64,000 nt of DNA from a phage: NCBI GenBank assembly GCA_014685065.1, contig GCA_014685065.1_4092.1; one strand, written 5' to 3'. The notes below the pieces were generated by a model. That model had not been told where the DNA came from and searched no databases. It was given only the letters and a program-made list of their open reading frames with translations. This document shows, piece by piece, positions 7,772 through 18,236 of the stretch (position 1 is its first letter; the number at the start of each line of letters is the position of its first letter). A program made the position numbers and the translations under genes.

Positions 7772-10700
7772 TTAAGCTGTACGTTGTGCAATAAACATAT
7801 CTACAACTGGACTTACACCATCATAAATGACTTGGTAAATGGTCACAGAGTTTGCAGTTTTGTTTAGAGTGCCATCAACAACCGCATAAGTACCATCAGT
7901 AGTAAAGTTTCTGTTACCAGTTGCATCTTGTTTCACATAAATGTATACTGAAGATGCTTTACCACCACCGATTAGACCAGTGATTGGTGCTAGAGTTGTA
8001 TCTTGATCAAGGGTGATAAAGTATACGTTGCTAGTACCATCAGGAGTCCAAGTACCAGTTGGTGCAATAACAGAAGAAGTTACTTGATTAGGAATAACAT
8101 CATATTTTTTAGTAGTTACAGTAGTAGTAGTTAAATCAGCATTAGTTGTTGTTAGTTGACCAGTAACTGTTACATTTTTGTCAAACACAGCATTTTCTTT
8201 GAAAGAAGATGTTGCATTAACAGTTAATGTATCAGCAGCAGCGTCACCTAGAACAACACTACCATTTGCAGTCATTAAACCAGTAACAGTTAAAGTACCA
8301 CCTACGGTTGCTGCACCAGTTACAGATGCACTAGCAAGAGTAGCTGCACCAGAAGTAGTAATTGTAGTTACAGAAGTAGCACCAAGGGTAGCAGTACCAG
8401 TTGCAGAAATATCACCACCGACAGTTAGGTTACCAGAAGTAATACCAACAGTTCCTGTGATATTCGCACCACTTGACATAGTAACTGCACCACCGAATGA
8501 ACCAGTAGTAGTTACTTCAAGAGTGTTACCTTTTAGTAAACCAGTTGCAGTAATGCTTGTTCCTGCGGTAATACTAGTACCAGCAGCAACACTGTTAGTT
8601 GCAGTTAAAGATTTAACAGCCACATCAGAGTTAGCTTGGTTTAGCGTTGCGTTTAGAACACCCGTTACTGTAAAGTTACCATTGTTAACTACGTTACCAT
8701 TGATGGTTAAGTTGTTGTTTTGTGAACCAACATCACCAATAGTTGCAGATTTAGAAATCAATTCTGCACCAGATGTGATATTACCTGCTGCACTAATAGT
8801 ATCAGCAGCAACAACAGCATATGGTTCGATAGTTTGACCACTAACATCGATATCAGCGTTGATACCACCGTCTACACGCAAGGAACCTGCGATGTAAGTG
8901 TTAGGGAAAATCTGAACTGTTTCTGGTTGATCACCAATTTTTGTACCAATTACAACGTTCGCACCAGTTTTAACTGCACCAGATGTTGTTAGTGAACCTA
9001 AAGTTGCTTCACCAACTACACCTAATGTACCACCTACGGTTGCGTTATTAGTAACTGCCAAAGCTGTTCCTTCACCGTTAAGGGTGATAGATGGAGCAGT
9101 CGCTGCACCAGTTACGCCCAATGTACCACCTACGGTTGCGTTGCCATCAGAATGTAGTGTAGTAGCTACAGAAAGACTGTTTGCAACTACATCAGTACTT
9201 GCAAGATCCAATGCACCTGGTGTTAATGTACCAGTAATGTTAACATTATTACCAAAGGTTGCTGCACCAGTAACATCTAGAGTTGTACTAAATGTACCAG
9301 AAGTTGCAGAAACAGCACCAGAATCTAGTGAACCGACAGTTGCTTTTCCAGTTACACCTAGTGTACCACCTACAGTTGCGTCGGTTGTTACACCTAATGT
9401 ACCAGTACTAACTTCTTGAGCGGTTGCTTTACCAGATGCAGTAATAGTTGAAGTAGATACTCCCCCAGTTAATGTGCTTGCACCAGTTACTGCTAAAGTT
9501 GTTGCTGCTGTTACGCTGTTCACGTTAAGGTCAGCACCAGCTAGGTTCAAACCACCTTCAGGAATAAATTCACCCTTCACTGTTAGTTTTTGTACTGTAC
9601 TATCACCAGTGACTGCTAGTGTAGATGCAGTTAAACCACCATTCATACTAGCTGCACCAGTTACACCGAGTGTAGTGGTTACAACAGCACTATTAAGAGT
9701 AGCAGTGTCGGAAATATTAGCACTTGGTGCAGCAATAGTCCCAGCATCAACTTGAATACCACCAGTAACAACTTGGATACCACCAGCATTAACAGTGAGT
9801 TTACCAGCAGTGTTTAAGGTATTTGATACAGTTGTAGCACCAGATAGTGTACTTGTACCAGTAACACTTAGATTACCAGAAATTATTGGGCTACCAGTTA
9901 CATTACCAGTTGTTAGAATTAAATCAGTACCTACAGTTGTAGAACCAGTACTTTCTAATGTTACACCAACAATGTTAGAAGAACTTAGGTTAATTGAACC
10001 TGTTACAGTCAAGTCACCATTAACAGTTGCGTTACCTAGTGAATTTAATGATTTCACTGAAACATCAGTAGTGCTAAGGTCAATTACACCCGCAGTTAAT
10101 GTACCAGATACAGCCAAATCACCAGTGATTGCAGTGTTTTTAGTAATAGAAACACTTTCAGCAGCAGAAGTTAGAGAACCAACAGTCAAAGCACCGCCGA
10201 CAGTGGCGTTATTAGTAACGTTAAGTGCAGTACCAACACCAGATAGTGTTGCAGACGCACCATTAACAGCACCAGAGATATTTGCATTTGCAGCAGATAC
10301 ATCACCTGAAACAGCCGCAGTTGTTGCATTTACTGTAGTTGCGGTAATATCAGTACTTTGTACTTTTGGTAGTAGGTTAACACCTTCAGCACTACTAACA
10401 GTGATGATTCCAGCACTTGTTAGAGATTTTACTGATACATCAGCAGCAGATAGGTCTACAGTACCAGAAACAACAAGGTCACCACCAATATTTGCACCAG
10501 CAGTTGTTGTGATTGATTTAGCATTAACATCAGTTGTTGTTAAATCAATAGCACCTGGTGTTACTGTACCAGAAACTGTTAGGTCACCAGTAATAGATGT
10601 ATTATTAGCAATAGATACACCCGCAGTATTACCAATGGTTGGAACTTCAATAGAAACTGCTGTAACTTTACCAGAAGATGTTACATCAGCAACAGAAGTT

Positions 10701-13297
10701 GCACCAGTTACATTCAAATTAGTAATATTCGCAGTAGTAGAACCTAGAGTTGCAATTGTCGCATCAGTACTTTGTAGTTTAGGTAGAACACTACTAATAG
10801 TTGATTCATTACTAACGATTGCACCAGTACTGGTTAGAGATTTAACTGTTACATCAGCAGCAGTTAGGTCTACTGTACCGTTAACGGTTAAGTTTCCACC
10901 AATTGTTGCACCAGCAGTTGTTGTGATTGATTTAGCGTTAACATCAGTTGATGCTAGGTCGATAGATCCAGGAATCACAGCACCACTAACAGTTAAGTCA
11001 CCAGTGATAGAAGTATTATTACCAATTGTAACACCAGTTACATTGGAAATAGATGGAGTAACTAGAGATGCAGTTGTTGTTTCACCACTTACATTTAAAG
11101 TTGTTCCGACTACAACATCAGCACTTGTACGAACAGATGCTAGATTAGATGGACCTGTTACCGCAAGTTCAGTTGCATTAACAGTATTAATTGTTGCAGT
11201 AGTACTATTAAGTACTGGTAAAACGTTGGCGTTAACCAAATCATTACTTTTAACAATACCAGAAGTTGTTACAGATTTAACGTTAAGGTCAGCGGCTGAT
11301 AAATCAAATGACCCTTGAACAACTAAATCACCACCAATTGTTGCACCAGCAGTTGTTGTAATAGAGTTTGCATTAATATCAGTAGTGCTTAGATCTAAAG
11401 AACCTACAGTTAAACTACCAGTAATATCAACGTTTTCAGTAAAGTTAGTATTTCCAGTAATAGTTGGAGCAGAAAGACTTGTAGCACTAATAGTTGTACC
11501 ATTAATAGTTCCACCACTTAGTATACCACTTGCAGTAATAGTTGGAGCACTTACTTCAGTGGATGCAGTAATAGATGGTGCAGATACAGATGTTGTACCA
11601 GTAATAACACCAGCATTAATAGAACCAGCAGATAATGCACCAGATAGATTTGCAGTAGTACCTGCAATATCACCTGTAACGGTTAGTTTAGCACCTACAG
11701 TAGTATTTCCAGTACTTTCAAGAGTTGCACCTTTCACGTTTGCAGCAGCTACAACAGAGTTAGGAGTTAAGTTTTGACCACTAACATCAACAGTTAGGCC
11801 AGTAACAGTACCAGTGAAATCAACATCATTAAGAATAGTTTTACCACCAACTTGTAGGAATGGTGTACCTGGGGCTTGTGTTTCATTACCAGTGATAGTT
11901 AGGTAATCTAGTTTGTTAAGACCGTTACCAGTAATACCATAGGTAGATAGTGAAGCATTACCAAAAGTTGCGGTTTTTAGAACATTCAATGTTGCAGGTG
12001 AAACAACTTCTGATTGAACTTCGTTAGGTAAAATAACAGTTGGGCGTTGGCCTGGTGCTGTATATCCAAATCCTAATTTAACTGCTGCATCTTGACTGTT
12101 TTGACCCAAGCTAATGGATTTGAAAGAAGCAGTACTATTAAAGCCAGTGATATTTGAACCTAAAGTTACTGCACCAGTTAGTGAAGATGTACCAGTAACA
12201 TTCAATGAAACTGCATTAATATCGTCAAGTTGGAATGTACCACCTAGTAGACCAGAAACGTTAATGTTATTAAAGTTTGCGGTTCCTGTACTTTCAATAT
12301 TTGGAATAGTTGCTGTACCAGTAACTTCAAAGTCAGCAACTTTGGTTTTACCCTTTTGAACTTCCAATAGTGGGGTGTCTGGTGATTGAGTATTGTTACC
12401 AGATACAGTTAGGTAATCTAGTTTGTTAAGACCGTTACCAGTAATACCATAAGAAGAAAGAGAAGCGTTACCAAATGTTGCAGATGTCAAAACTGTTAAA
12501 TTTGCAGGTGACATTAATTCAGATTGAATTTCGTTTTGAAGAACTACAGTAGGACGTTTACCCGGAGCACTGTAAGGGAAGCTTAGTCTGAAGGTTTGAG
12601 ATTCAGAGTTGGAACCAATACGAATGTCTTTAAAAGTAGCAGTACTGTTAATACCAGTTACGTTAGCACCGAAAGTCACTGCACCTTGTTGGTTAGATGC
12701 ACCAGAAACGTTCAATGTTACTGCATTTAAGTCAGAAAGATTAAACTGACCACCTAATGTACCACTAATGGTTACATCTTTAAAAGTAGCAGTTCCAGTA
12801 CTACTAATATCGGTTGTACTTACATTAGTAATTTCTGCGGTATTAGCAGTAATTTTATCAAATGCAGCAGTAGTACCAACATCAGCAGTAATATTACCTT
12901 TAAATGCTGTTGTTTCAGCAACTTCTAAGTTTTTAACTTTAGTTGCTTGTAGAGTGGTTGTACCAGCAGTTTGTGTAAAATCAGAACCAACTGATACAGT
13001 ACCGTTAAAGGTAGCGTTTGAATTAATTGTTGCTGTATCAGACCCGACAACTGCACTACCGATTGTAGTATTACCCTCAACACCAAGACCACCAGAAAGT
13101 GTTGCTTTGCCACCAACATCTAAAGTAGATGTAATGTTGGCAGTTGATGATTCAATGGCAGTAAAAGTTGCATTTGCAAAAGTTACAGTACCATTTACAG
13201 TTAGGTTATTATTGAAAACAGCATTTCCTTTGACTAAAAGATCCTTACCAACCGTACCAGCACCAGTAATATCTAAGTCAGTTTTTATTGAGTACAT
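7772..13297 (-). CDS. giant tail fibre protein (1841 aa) with internal duplications
   Basis: Extremely T/G/S/A/V-rich; repeated ~45-aa modules (AIDLxxTDVNAKSITTTAGAxIGGxL) and a duplicated ~170-aa N-terminal segment; GGAGGG RBS before the ATG. Confidence 0.65.
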   Translation of the reverse strand: MYSIKTDLDITGAGTVGKDLLVKGNAVFNNNLTVNGTVTFANATFTAIESSTANITSTLDVGGKATLSGGLGVEGNTTIGSAVVGSDTATINSNATFNGTVSVGSDFTQTAGTTTLQATKVKNLEVAETTAFKGNITADVGTTAAFDKITANTAEITNVSTTDISSTGTATFKDVTISGTLGGQFNLSDLNAVTLNVSGASNQQGAVTFGANVTGINSTATFKDIRIGSNSESQTFRLSFPYSAPGKRPTVVLQNEIQSELMSPANLTVLTSATFGNASLSSYGITGNGLNKLDYLTVSGNNTQSPDTPLLEVQKGKTKVADFEVTGTATIPNIESTGTANFNNINVSGLLGGTFQLDDINAVSLNVTGTSSLTGAVTLGSNITGFNSTASFKSISLGQNSQDAAVKLGFGYTAPGQRPTVILPNEVQSEVVSPATLNVLKTATFGNASLSTYGITGNGLNKLDYLTITGNETQAPGTPFLQVGGKTILNDVDFTGTVTGLTVDVSGQNLTPNSVVAAANVKGATLESTGNTTVGAKLTVTGDIAGTTANLSGALSAGSINAGVITGTTSVSAPSITASTEVSAPTITASGILSGGTINGTTISATSLSAPTITGNTNFTENVDITGSLTVGSLDLSTTDINANSITTTAGATIGGDLVVQGSFDLSAADLNVKSVTTSGIVKSNDLVNANVLPVLNSTTATINTVNATELAVTGPSNLASVRTSADVVVGTTLNVSGETTTASLVTPSISNVTGVTIGNNTSITGDLTVSGAVIPGSIDLASTDVNAKSITTTAGATIGGNLTVNGTVDLTAADVTVKSLTSTGAIVSNESTISSVLPKLQSTDATIATLGSTTANITNLNVTGATSVADVTSSGKVTAVSIEVPTIGNTAGVSIANNTSITGDLTVSGTVTPGAIDLTTTDVNAKSITTTAGANIGGDLVVSGTVDLSAADVSVKSLTSAGIITVSSAEGVNLLPKVQSTDITATTVNATTAAVSGDVSAANANISGAVNGASATLSGVGTALNVTNNATVGGALTVGSLTSAAESVSITKNTAITGDLAVSGTLTAGVIDLSTTDVSVKSLNSLGNATVNGDLTVTGSINLSSSNIVGVTLESTGSTTVGTDLILTTGNVTGSPIISGNLSVTGTSTLSGATTVSNTLNTAGKLTVNAGGIQVVTGGIQVDAGTIAAPSANISDTATLNSAVVTTTLGVTGAASMNGGLTASTLAVTGDSTVQKLTVKGEFIPEGGLNLAGADLNVNSVTAATTLAVTGASTLTGGVSTSTITASGKATAQEVSTGTLGVTTDATVGGTLGVTGKATVGSLDSGAVSATSGTFSTTLDVTGAATFGNNVNITGTLTPGALDLASTDVVANSLSVATTLHSDGNATVGGTLGVTGAATAPSITLNGEGTALAVTNNATVGGTLGVVGEATLGSLTTSGAVKTGANVVIGTKIGDQPETVQIFPNTYIAGSLRVDGGINADIDVSGQTIEPYAVVAADTISAAGNITSGAELISKSATIGDVGSQNNNLTINGNVVNNGNFTVTGVLNATLNQANSDVAVKSLTATNSVAAGTSITAGTSITATGLLKGNTLEVTTTGSFGGAVTMSSGANITGTVGITSGNLTVGGDISATGTATLGATSVTTITTSGAATLASASVTGAATVGGTLTVTGLMTANGSVVLGDAAADTLTVNATSSFKENAVFDKNVTVTGQLTTTNADLTTTTVTTKKYDVIPNQVTSSVIAPTGTWTPDGTSNVYFITLDQDTTLAPITGLIGGGKASSVYIYVKQDATGNRNFTTDGTYAVVDGTLNKTANSVTIYQVIYDGVSPVVDMFIAQRTA
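11800..12800 (-). repeat. tandem ~0.5 kb duplication within the giant fibre gene
   Basis: DNA string GTTAGGTAATCTAGTTTGTTAAGACCGTTACCAGTAATACCATA occurs at ~11898 and ~12408; matching duplicated protein segments (GNASLSxYGITGNGLNKLDYLT). Confidence 0.6.
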
Positions 13298-13394
13298 TTA
13301 TACCCTCCATTATAACCTTGTTAATATGTATATATTTAGTTTTATTATGCTGTTATCCAACAATTAATACATTATTTGACAAAAGCAAATATAA

Positions 13395-13436
13395 TAAAAA
13401 ACCAGACTTATTTAGAACAAGTCTGGTTAATTTTTT
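13395..13436. terminator. bidirectional intrinsic terminator
   Basis: CCAGACTT-9 nt-AAGTCTGG hairpin flanked by A-run upstream and T-run downstream. Confidence 0.55.
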
Positions 13437-14331
13437 ACTTACCGGAGATGACAATCTTACCACTGAAAGAAATATCAGAAGTGAAGATTACATCACCAGT
13501 ACTACTAATTTGTGTATCAGTCACTACCAACTCGAATGGAGATGACGCAACACTTCCAGGTGTTTTATTTGCATAAATTGAAATATACAAATTATCTGGG
13601 GTTTGATTGTGTTCGGATGCTGGAATAGTGATTGTGAAATCACCAGCACTAGAAACCCAATCTGCTTGGTTTACTAATTTACTATAAGGTACTGTCATTG
13701 TGGTTGCTCCTATAATGTTTACTTTAACACTTGCATAATCTGTGATTTGACCAATCACATCAATTGTTATATCCCCAATACCACTAACTGTTACTGTGGT
13801 TTGGAATACTGATTCCAATGCAACATTACCTGGGTCACCTTGTAGTTGAATCATAATATCAGAACCTCTACCATGAACTGATTCTGGTAGTGTGTAAGTA
13901 TAATGATCAGTAGTATCTGGTACTAATGTAAATGCAGAAACAGGAACTATTTCAGTAGTTACATATGAGCTATCAGTTCCAGGTGAGCTACCTTTAAATG
14001 GTTTCCAAATACCAAGATCTTTAATATAAATTTGAAGAACATTAGTACTATCAACCAAAAAGTAAACGTCACCATCTAGACCAATAGAATCGGATGGTGC
14101 TGTTGTTCCACGTAAGATACCAGAACTACCACCACCACTGTGTGCGTTTAAATATCCCAATGTAACCAAGTGTGTGTTTGCAGTTGGTTCACCTGCTGAA
14201 ATTGGAAGAAGTTGTGTTCCTGAGTAGTTTTGAATTTGCACAACACTACCATTTGTGGTAATCTGTGCACCATTCTTCCCAAGAATGAAGGACTTCTTCA
14301 TGGTTCCTTCTAAATTAGAAAAAACTGCCAT
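13435..14331 (-). CDS. tail spike/fibre protein sharing an N-terminal module with the next gene
   Basis: N-terminus MAVFSNLEGTMKKSFILGKNGA is near-identical to that of the 14348-16489 product; GGAG RBS. Confidence 0.55.
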   Translation of the reverse strand: MAVFSNLEGTMKKSFILGKNGAQITTNGSVVQIQNYSGTQLLPISAGEPTANTHLVTLGYLNAHSGGGSSGILRGTTAPSDSIGLDGDVYFLVDSTNVLQIYIKDLGIWKPFKGSSPGTDSSYVTTEIVPVSAFTLVPDTTDHYTYTLPESVHGRGSDIMIQLQGDPGNVALESVFQTTVTVSGIGDITIDVIGQITDYASVKVNIIGATTMTVPYSKLVNQADWVSSAGDFTITIPASEHNQTPDNLYISIYANKTPGSVASSPFELVVTDTQISSTGDVIFTSDISFSGKIVISGK

Positions 14332-14347
14332 TTTAATATAATCTCCT

Positions 14348-16489
14348 TTATGGTAGGGTTATGTAAGTTACGGGTTGGGCGGCTTTTAATGCTGCACCAG
14401 CGGCAGTTGCTGTTATGATAGGATCTGCAATATCAATTCTATATACGTTGTTTACAACATACACTGCACGAGTTATATACGTTCTCAAATCACCACCATT
14501 TTCACCAGCACCAGATATAATAATCTCAGTACCAGCAGCTTTTGCATATTGGTTTTCACCCCATGACACACCCAATGCTTCTATATATGTTTGTCCTACT
14601 ACGGTTTGTCTAATAGTGTCGTATTTTCCGAAAAAAGAACCACCAACGGTCACAATATATTTTCCACCAGATTGCTTATGTATAATAGTACCTTCTGGGA
14701 AATAACGACCACCCGGAAAAGTGTCGTAGGGAATATAATATTGTTCAACTACTGGTATCAGTACTGGGCCACGGTGACCTGTACCATCGATTGCAGTTGT
14801 AACTTTAAAGTTATTAGATGATTGGTCTATTCTGTCTACATACATTTTAGAAAAACTATATTTTGAAACATTACAATCATCTTGAACAACACAGTTAGTC
14901 CAATTAGTATAAGTATATTTAGAGCGAGTATAGATACCACCACCTTCGCCTTCTGTAGAGAGATGTTGACCAATTACGTCTAATTCTTTAGTTCTAATAT
15001 CACTAAATTTAGATGATGATGGTAAACCACGCCAAAGAATTTTAGAACAGGTGATATTGCTCAATTCTGTATTATTTAACCAATTGTCAGAACCGGAAGT
15101 ATAAACAAGTATAGAAGACTCTGGAATATAGAGATTAGAAATTTTAAAGTTTCTAGGTGGTCCAGCAAAACGACCAGAAGTTACACCCCAGTTTATTGAA
15201 ACCATTCTATTTGTGATAGAAGGATCATTAAGCAAATGACCAGTCAACCCATCAATAATGAATTCTTTAGAACCATAAGTTATAACACCAGCAGTGGTTA
15301 ATCCAGTACCGACAGAAACTAAAGATGATGGATAAACTTCATTATTAAGTATTTTAAAGTCCATGCCTAATTCAACGTGGATACATTGTCTAACATTATA
15401 TAGTCTGTTATTTTTAATAACAAAGTTTCTGACATATTGTGTATCTGGTGCATCTAAACCATAAGGACCAGAACCAGCAACACCAATACCAATACCCCAG
15501 TTTGAAAGTGGGATTGGAGCGTTAGAACCATCAACGTTTTCAATTATGTTCCCTTCAATAACAAAACCATCAGGATAGTGTGAGTTAATTACGTTTAGTT
15601 CAATTGCATCACCATATATATCATGTATGTGGTTATATGAATATCTACCAACCTTCATTTTCTCACCAGTACCTTGTTGAAGAACACCATACTTACATTG
15701 GGTCATTTCATTAAAGCAAAAATCTATTGTACCTGGTTGTGTCATGCCTTGCATTAAAAATGCAGCAGTACTTGTGATGTTTATAAATTTATTAAAATAA
15801 AACTTACCATCGCCACCGAAGAATTTTAAATAACATCCAGTAAGTGTTGCAAATTGTATTTGGGAATTAATAACGGATACCATAGTACCACCGTTACCAG
15901 TAATAGTTCCCCCAAACCAAGTTACATCTTCCAGATATATTGCCGTTTTGATACGGTAATTACCACCAGCCTGAATTTGTATTTTATTTTCTTTAGCATA
16001 CGCAGCACATAAATTTACAGCAGCAGTGTCATCAGTTTCGCCATCACCTTTAGCACCAAATTCTTCTGGTGTTATATAAAACTGTGCCTGTTGAACTGTA
16101 CCTCCAGTAATAAGTCCGATGAAATCTCCACCATTTTTACTGGATAGAACTTTTTTATTAATGTATAATGATTTTACCCATGTACCATTGCTTTTTGCAA
16201 AAATATCAACAATACCATCTTCATCAATTTGAAAATACGTATTATTGTTCTTTCCTATATCATCGGTAGGTGGTACAACACCAAATAATGCATTAGGGTT
16301 ATCTTCAAGATATTTTACGTTAACTGCTGAATTAGGATCAGATGAAGTTCCTACCTTCAGTGGTAGGAACTGTTCTCCTAGATAATCTTTTATAGAAACT
16401 GAATCATTGATAAAATTTATTGAAGCACCTTTTTTCCCCAATATGAATTTGGGCTGCATAGTTCCTTCAAAATTAGAAAATACTGCCAT
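14348..16489 (-). CDS. tail spike protein, probable beta-helix glycanase/depolymerase-like
   Basis: 713 aa; shared N-terminal module MAVFSNFEGTMQPKFILGKKGA; G/N/T-rich central region consistent with a parallel beta-helix (inference); GGGAGG RBS. Confidence 0.5.
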   Translation of the reverse strand: MAVFSNFEGTMQPKFILGKKGASINFINDSVSIKDYLGEQFLPLKVGTSSDPNSAVNVKYLEDNPNALFGVVPPTDDIGKNNNTYFQIDEDGIVDIFAKSNGTWVKSLYINKKVLSSKNGGDFIGLITGGTVQQAQFYITPEEFGAKGDGETDDTAAVNLCAAYAKENKIQIQAGGNYRIKTAIYLEDVTWFGGTITGNGGTMVSVINSQIQFATLTGCYLKFFGGDGKFYFNKFINITSTAAFLMQGMTQPGTIDFCFNEMTQCKYGVLQQGTGEKMKVGRYSYNHIHDIYGDAIELNVINSHYPDGFVIEGNIIENVDGSNAPIPLSNWGIGIGVAGSGPYGLDAPDTQYVRNFVIKNNRLYNVRQCIHVELGMDFKILNNEVYPSSLVSVGTGLTTAGVITYGSKEFIIDGLTGHLLNDPSITNRMVSINWGVTSGRFAGPPRNFKISNLYIPESSILVYTSGSDNWLNNTELSNITCSKILWRGLPSSSKFSDIRTKELDVIGQHLSTEGEGGGIYTRSKYTYTNWTNCVVQDDCNVSKYSFSKMYVDRIDQSSNNFKVTTAIDGTGHRGPVLIPVVEQYYIPYDTFPGGRYFPEGTIIHKQSGGKYIVTVGGSFFGKYDTIRQTVVGQTYIEALGVSWGENQYAKAAGTEIIISGAGENGGDLRTYITRAVYVVNNVYRIDIADPIITATAAGAALKAAQPVTYITLP

Positions 16490-16503
16490 TATGACATCCT
16501 CCC

Positions 16504-17619
16504 TTAAATATTATCTTGAATCGGTTGGATAGGAGCTTGCCATGAAAGAGTACAAATAATTTCCATTTTTCCATAAGGACTGTTGTTAACAGAATCGTTG
16601 AATACACATGAAATAATTTCATCAACATCGGATGCTGCATGATTAGTTTCATTAACAATAAAACGCATCTGACGATTGATATCAAAGTAGGAAGTTGGTG
16701 CAATTACAGTCCCACCAATATCTTCTTGTGCTTCACCACCAAAACGTACAAACATATCAGTTACAGGAAGAGAATAAGGTTGTATAACGTTTACATCAAT
16801 ATTAGAAACTACATATCCAGCAGGACACGTACCAATAACTAATAGTGCGTTAGTCCATGAGCTATCTATTGTATTTCTAATAGAAATTGTATCTTTACCT
16901 GGTGCACCTGGTTCGCCTTGTATACCTTGAATACCTTGCTGACCTTCTTTACCACGGAATAGAATACCATCACTCCACTCTTTTGAAGGAGGGGTAGTTG
17001 TAGTTACTTCATCAACATAATATAGTTTTCCATCAGTGTTGTTATAAAAACAATAATCAACTGGAAGATTTTCAATACTTGGAAATTGATCACCACTGCT
17101 ATCAATATGGAAACGACCACGCGGACCTTGTTCACCACGGAAAGGGATACCATCACTCCAAGTGGCAGTTACACTTTGATAGAAATAAAGCTTACCATCT
17201 TGAGTATTATAAAATGTATAGTTATTAAAAAGACCAGTTGTTGGGAAAGAAGTCCCAGCACTATCAATGTGGAACGGCTTACCCGCTTCACCAGTATCAC
17301 CTTTACCAAACTCAACACTAATCCATGTACTTGTCGGATCTTGTGCATCGTTTGATTTAAAGTATAGAGTACTGGTATTGTTAGCCAAGCTTAAGTAGCA
17401 CCACCCAAGTGGTTCACCAACTTTAAATTGTTCGGAAGGAATTTCAAAACCAATCTCATTAGGATAAAAGTTTTTACCATTCTCGCCATTCTGTCCTACA
17501 ACAAGACCTAAATCTTGAATTGTGTTATCTGCATAGGTTACAATTAAATGCCCAGCACCATTAATAACTAGACTTTTGATGCCGGAGTTATTACATGAAC
17601 CATTAAATGAAATTGTCAT
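16504..17619 (-). CDS. tail fibre-like protein with a short collagen-like Gly-X-Y tract
   Basis: GKEGQQGIQGIQGEPGAPGKD tract and repeated DGKLY(F/Y) modules; start set at the internal ATG (AAGGGA RBS), ORF-track start is 17655. Confidence 0.45.
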   Translation of the reverse strand: MTISFNGSCNNSGIKSLVINGAGHLIVTYADNTIQDLGLVVGQNGENGKNFYPNEIGFEIPSEQFKVGEPLGWCYLSLANNTSTLYFKSNDAQDPTSTWISVEFGKGDTGEAGKPFHIDSAGTSFPTTGLFNNYTFYNTQDGKLYFYQSVTATWSDGIPFRGEQGPRGRFHIDSSGDQFPSIENLPVDYCFYNNTDGKLYYVDEVTTTTPPSKEWSDGILFRGKEGQQGIQGIQGEPGAPGKDTISIRNTIDSSWTNALLVIGTCPAGYVVSNIDVNVIQPYSLPVTDMFVRFGGEAQEDIGGTVIAPTSYFDINRQMRFIVNETNHAASDVDEIISCVFNDSVNNSPYGKMEIICTLSWQAPIQPIQDNI

Positions 17620-17729
17620 AATATTTCCCTTGTATGAGTTAATGTCATATACCAATATTTATCAGTACAAAATACATTTCGTTATCATTAATAAATAAAT
17701 GAAAGTTCACTACTAAAAGGGCTTAAACA

Positions 17730-18227
17730 ATGGCATTAAGATCAAAAGACTTTCTCTTCAGAAGAAAAACAAAAGATGGTTCATGGCAAGATTTTCCTGA
17801 ATCTGATAGCTGGTATCCAGCTAACTTGGATTATCACTGGAATGAACAAACGTTACCACTAGCAAGTGGTGGCTACTATGGCTGTACTACAGGTTTACAT
17901 ACGATTTCATTTACACTACGTAATTTTATTGGTAGAATTTATGTGTTAGCTACATTAGCTAGTAATCCTACTGATGATGATTGGTTTCCAATTAAATTCA
18001 CTGAAAGTTGTAATTATTATCTTGAATTTACTGATATGGTTATTTTAAATCCAAATGGTGGGGATTTAATTAGACAACAAGGAACAACCGGAACATTTGC
18101 TGAAACAGTAACTGGTAATTTTACTTACCTTAAAGTTGGTATAGACCGTGATTATATTAGTAAGTATCCATCAGATGTCCAAAAAAGTTTAGCTGGGAAG
18201 TTAGAACAAATTTTAATTAACTACTAA
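17730..18227 (+). CDS. hypothetical protein
   Basis: 165-aa ORF, first of three plus-strand genes inserted between minus-strand structural blocks. Confidence 0.4.
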   Translation: MALRSKDFLFRRKTKDGSWQDFPESDSWYPANLDYHWNEQTLPLASGGYYGCTTGLHTISFTLRNFIGRIYVLATLASNPTDDDWFPIKFTESCNYYLEFTDMVILNPNGGDLIRQQGTTGTFAETVTGNFTYLKVGIDRDYISKYPSDVQKSLAGKLEQILINY

Positions 18228-18236
18228 GGATTAGAA

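Noticed and set aside
8178-11777. Several long plus-strand ORFs (8178-8837, 9084-9419, 9474-9755, 9795-11318, 11385-11777 and others up to 13367) antisense to the giant fibre gene
   Set aside because: They lie entirely inside the 1841-aa minus-strand gene; their V/P/T/A-rich translations are what the reverse complement of a T/S/G/A-rich repetitive gene gives, and none has a convincing RBS.
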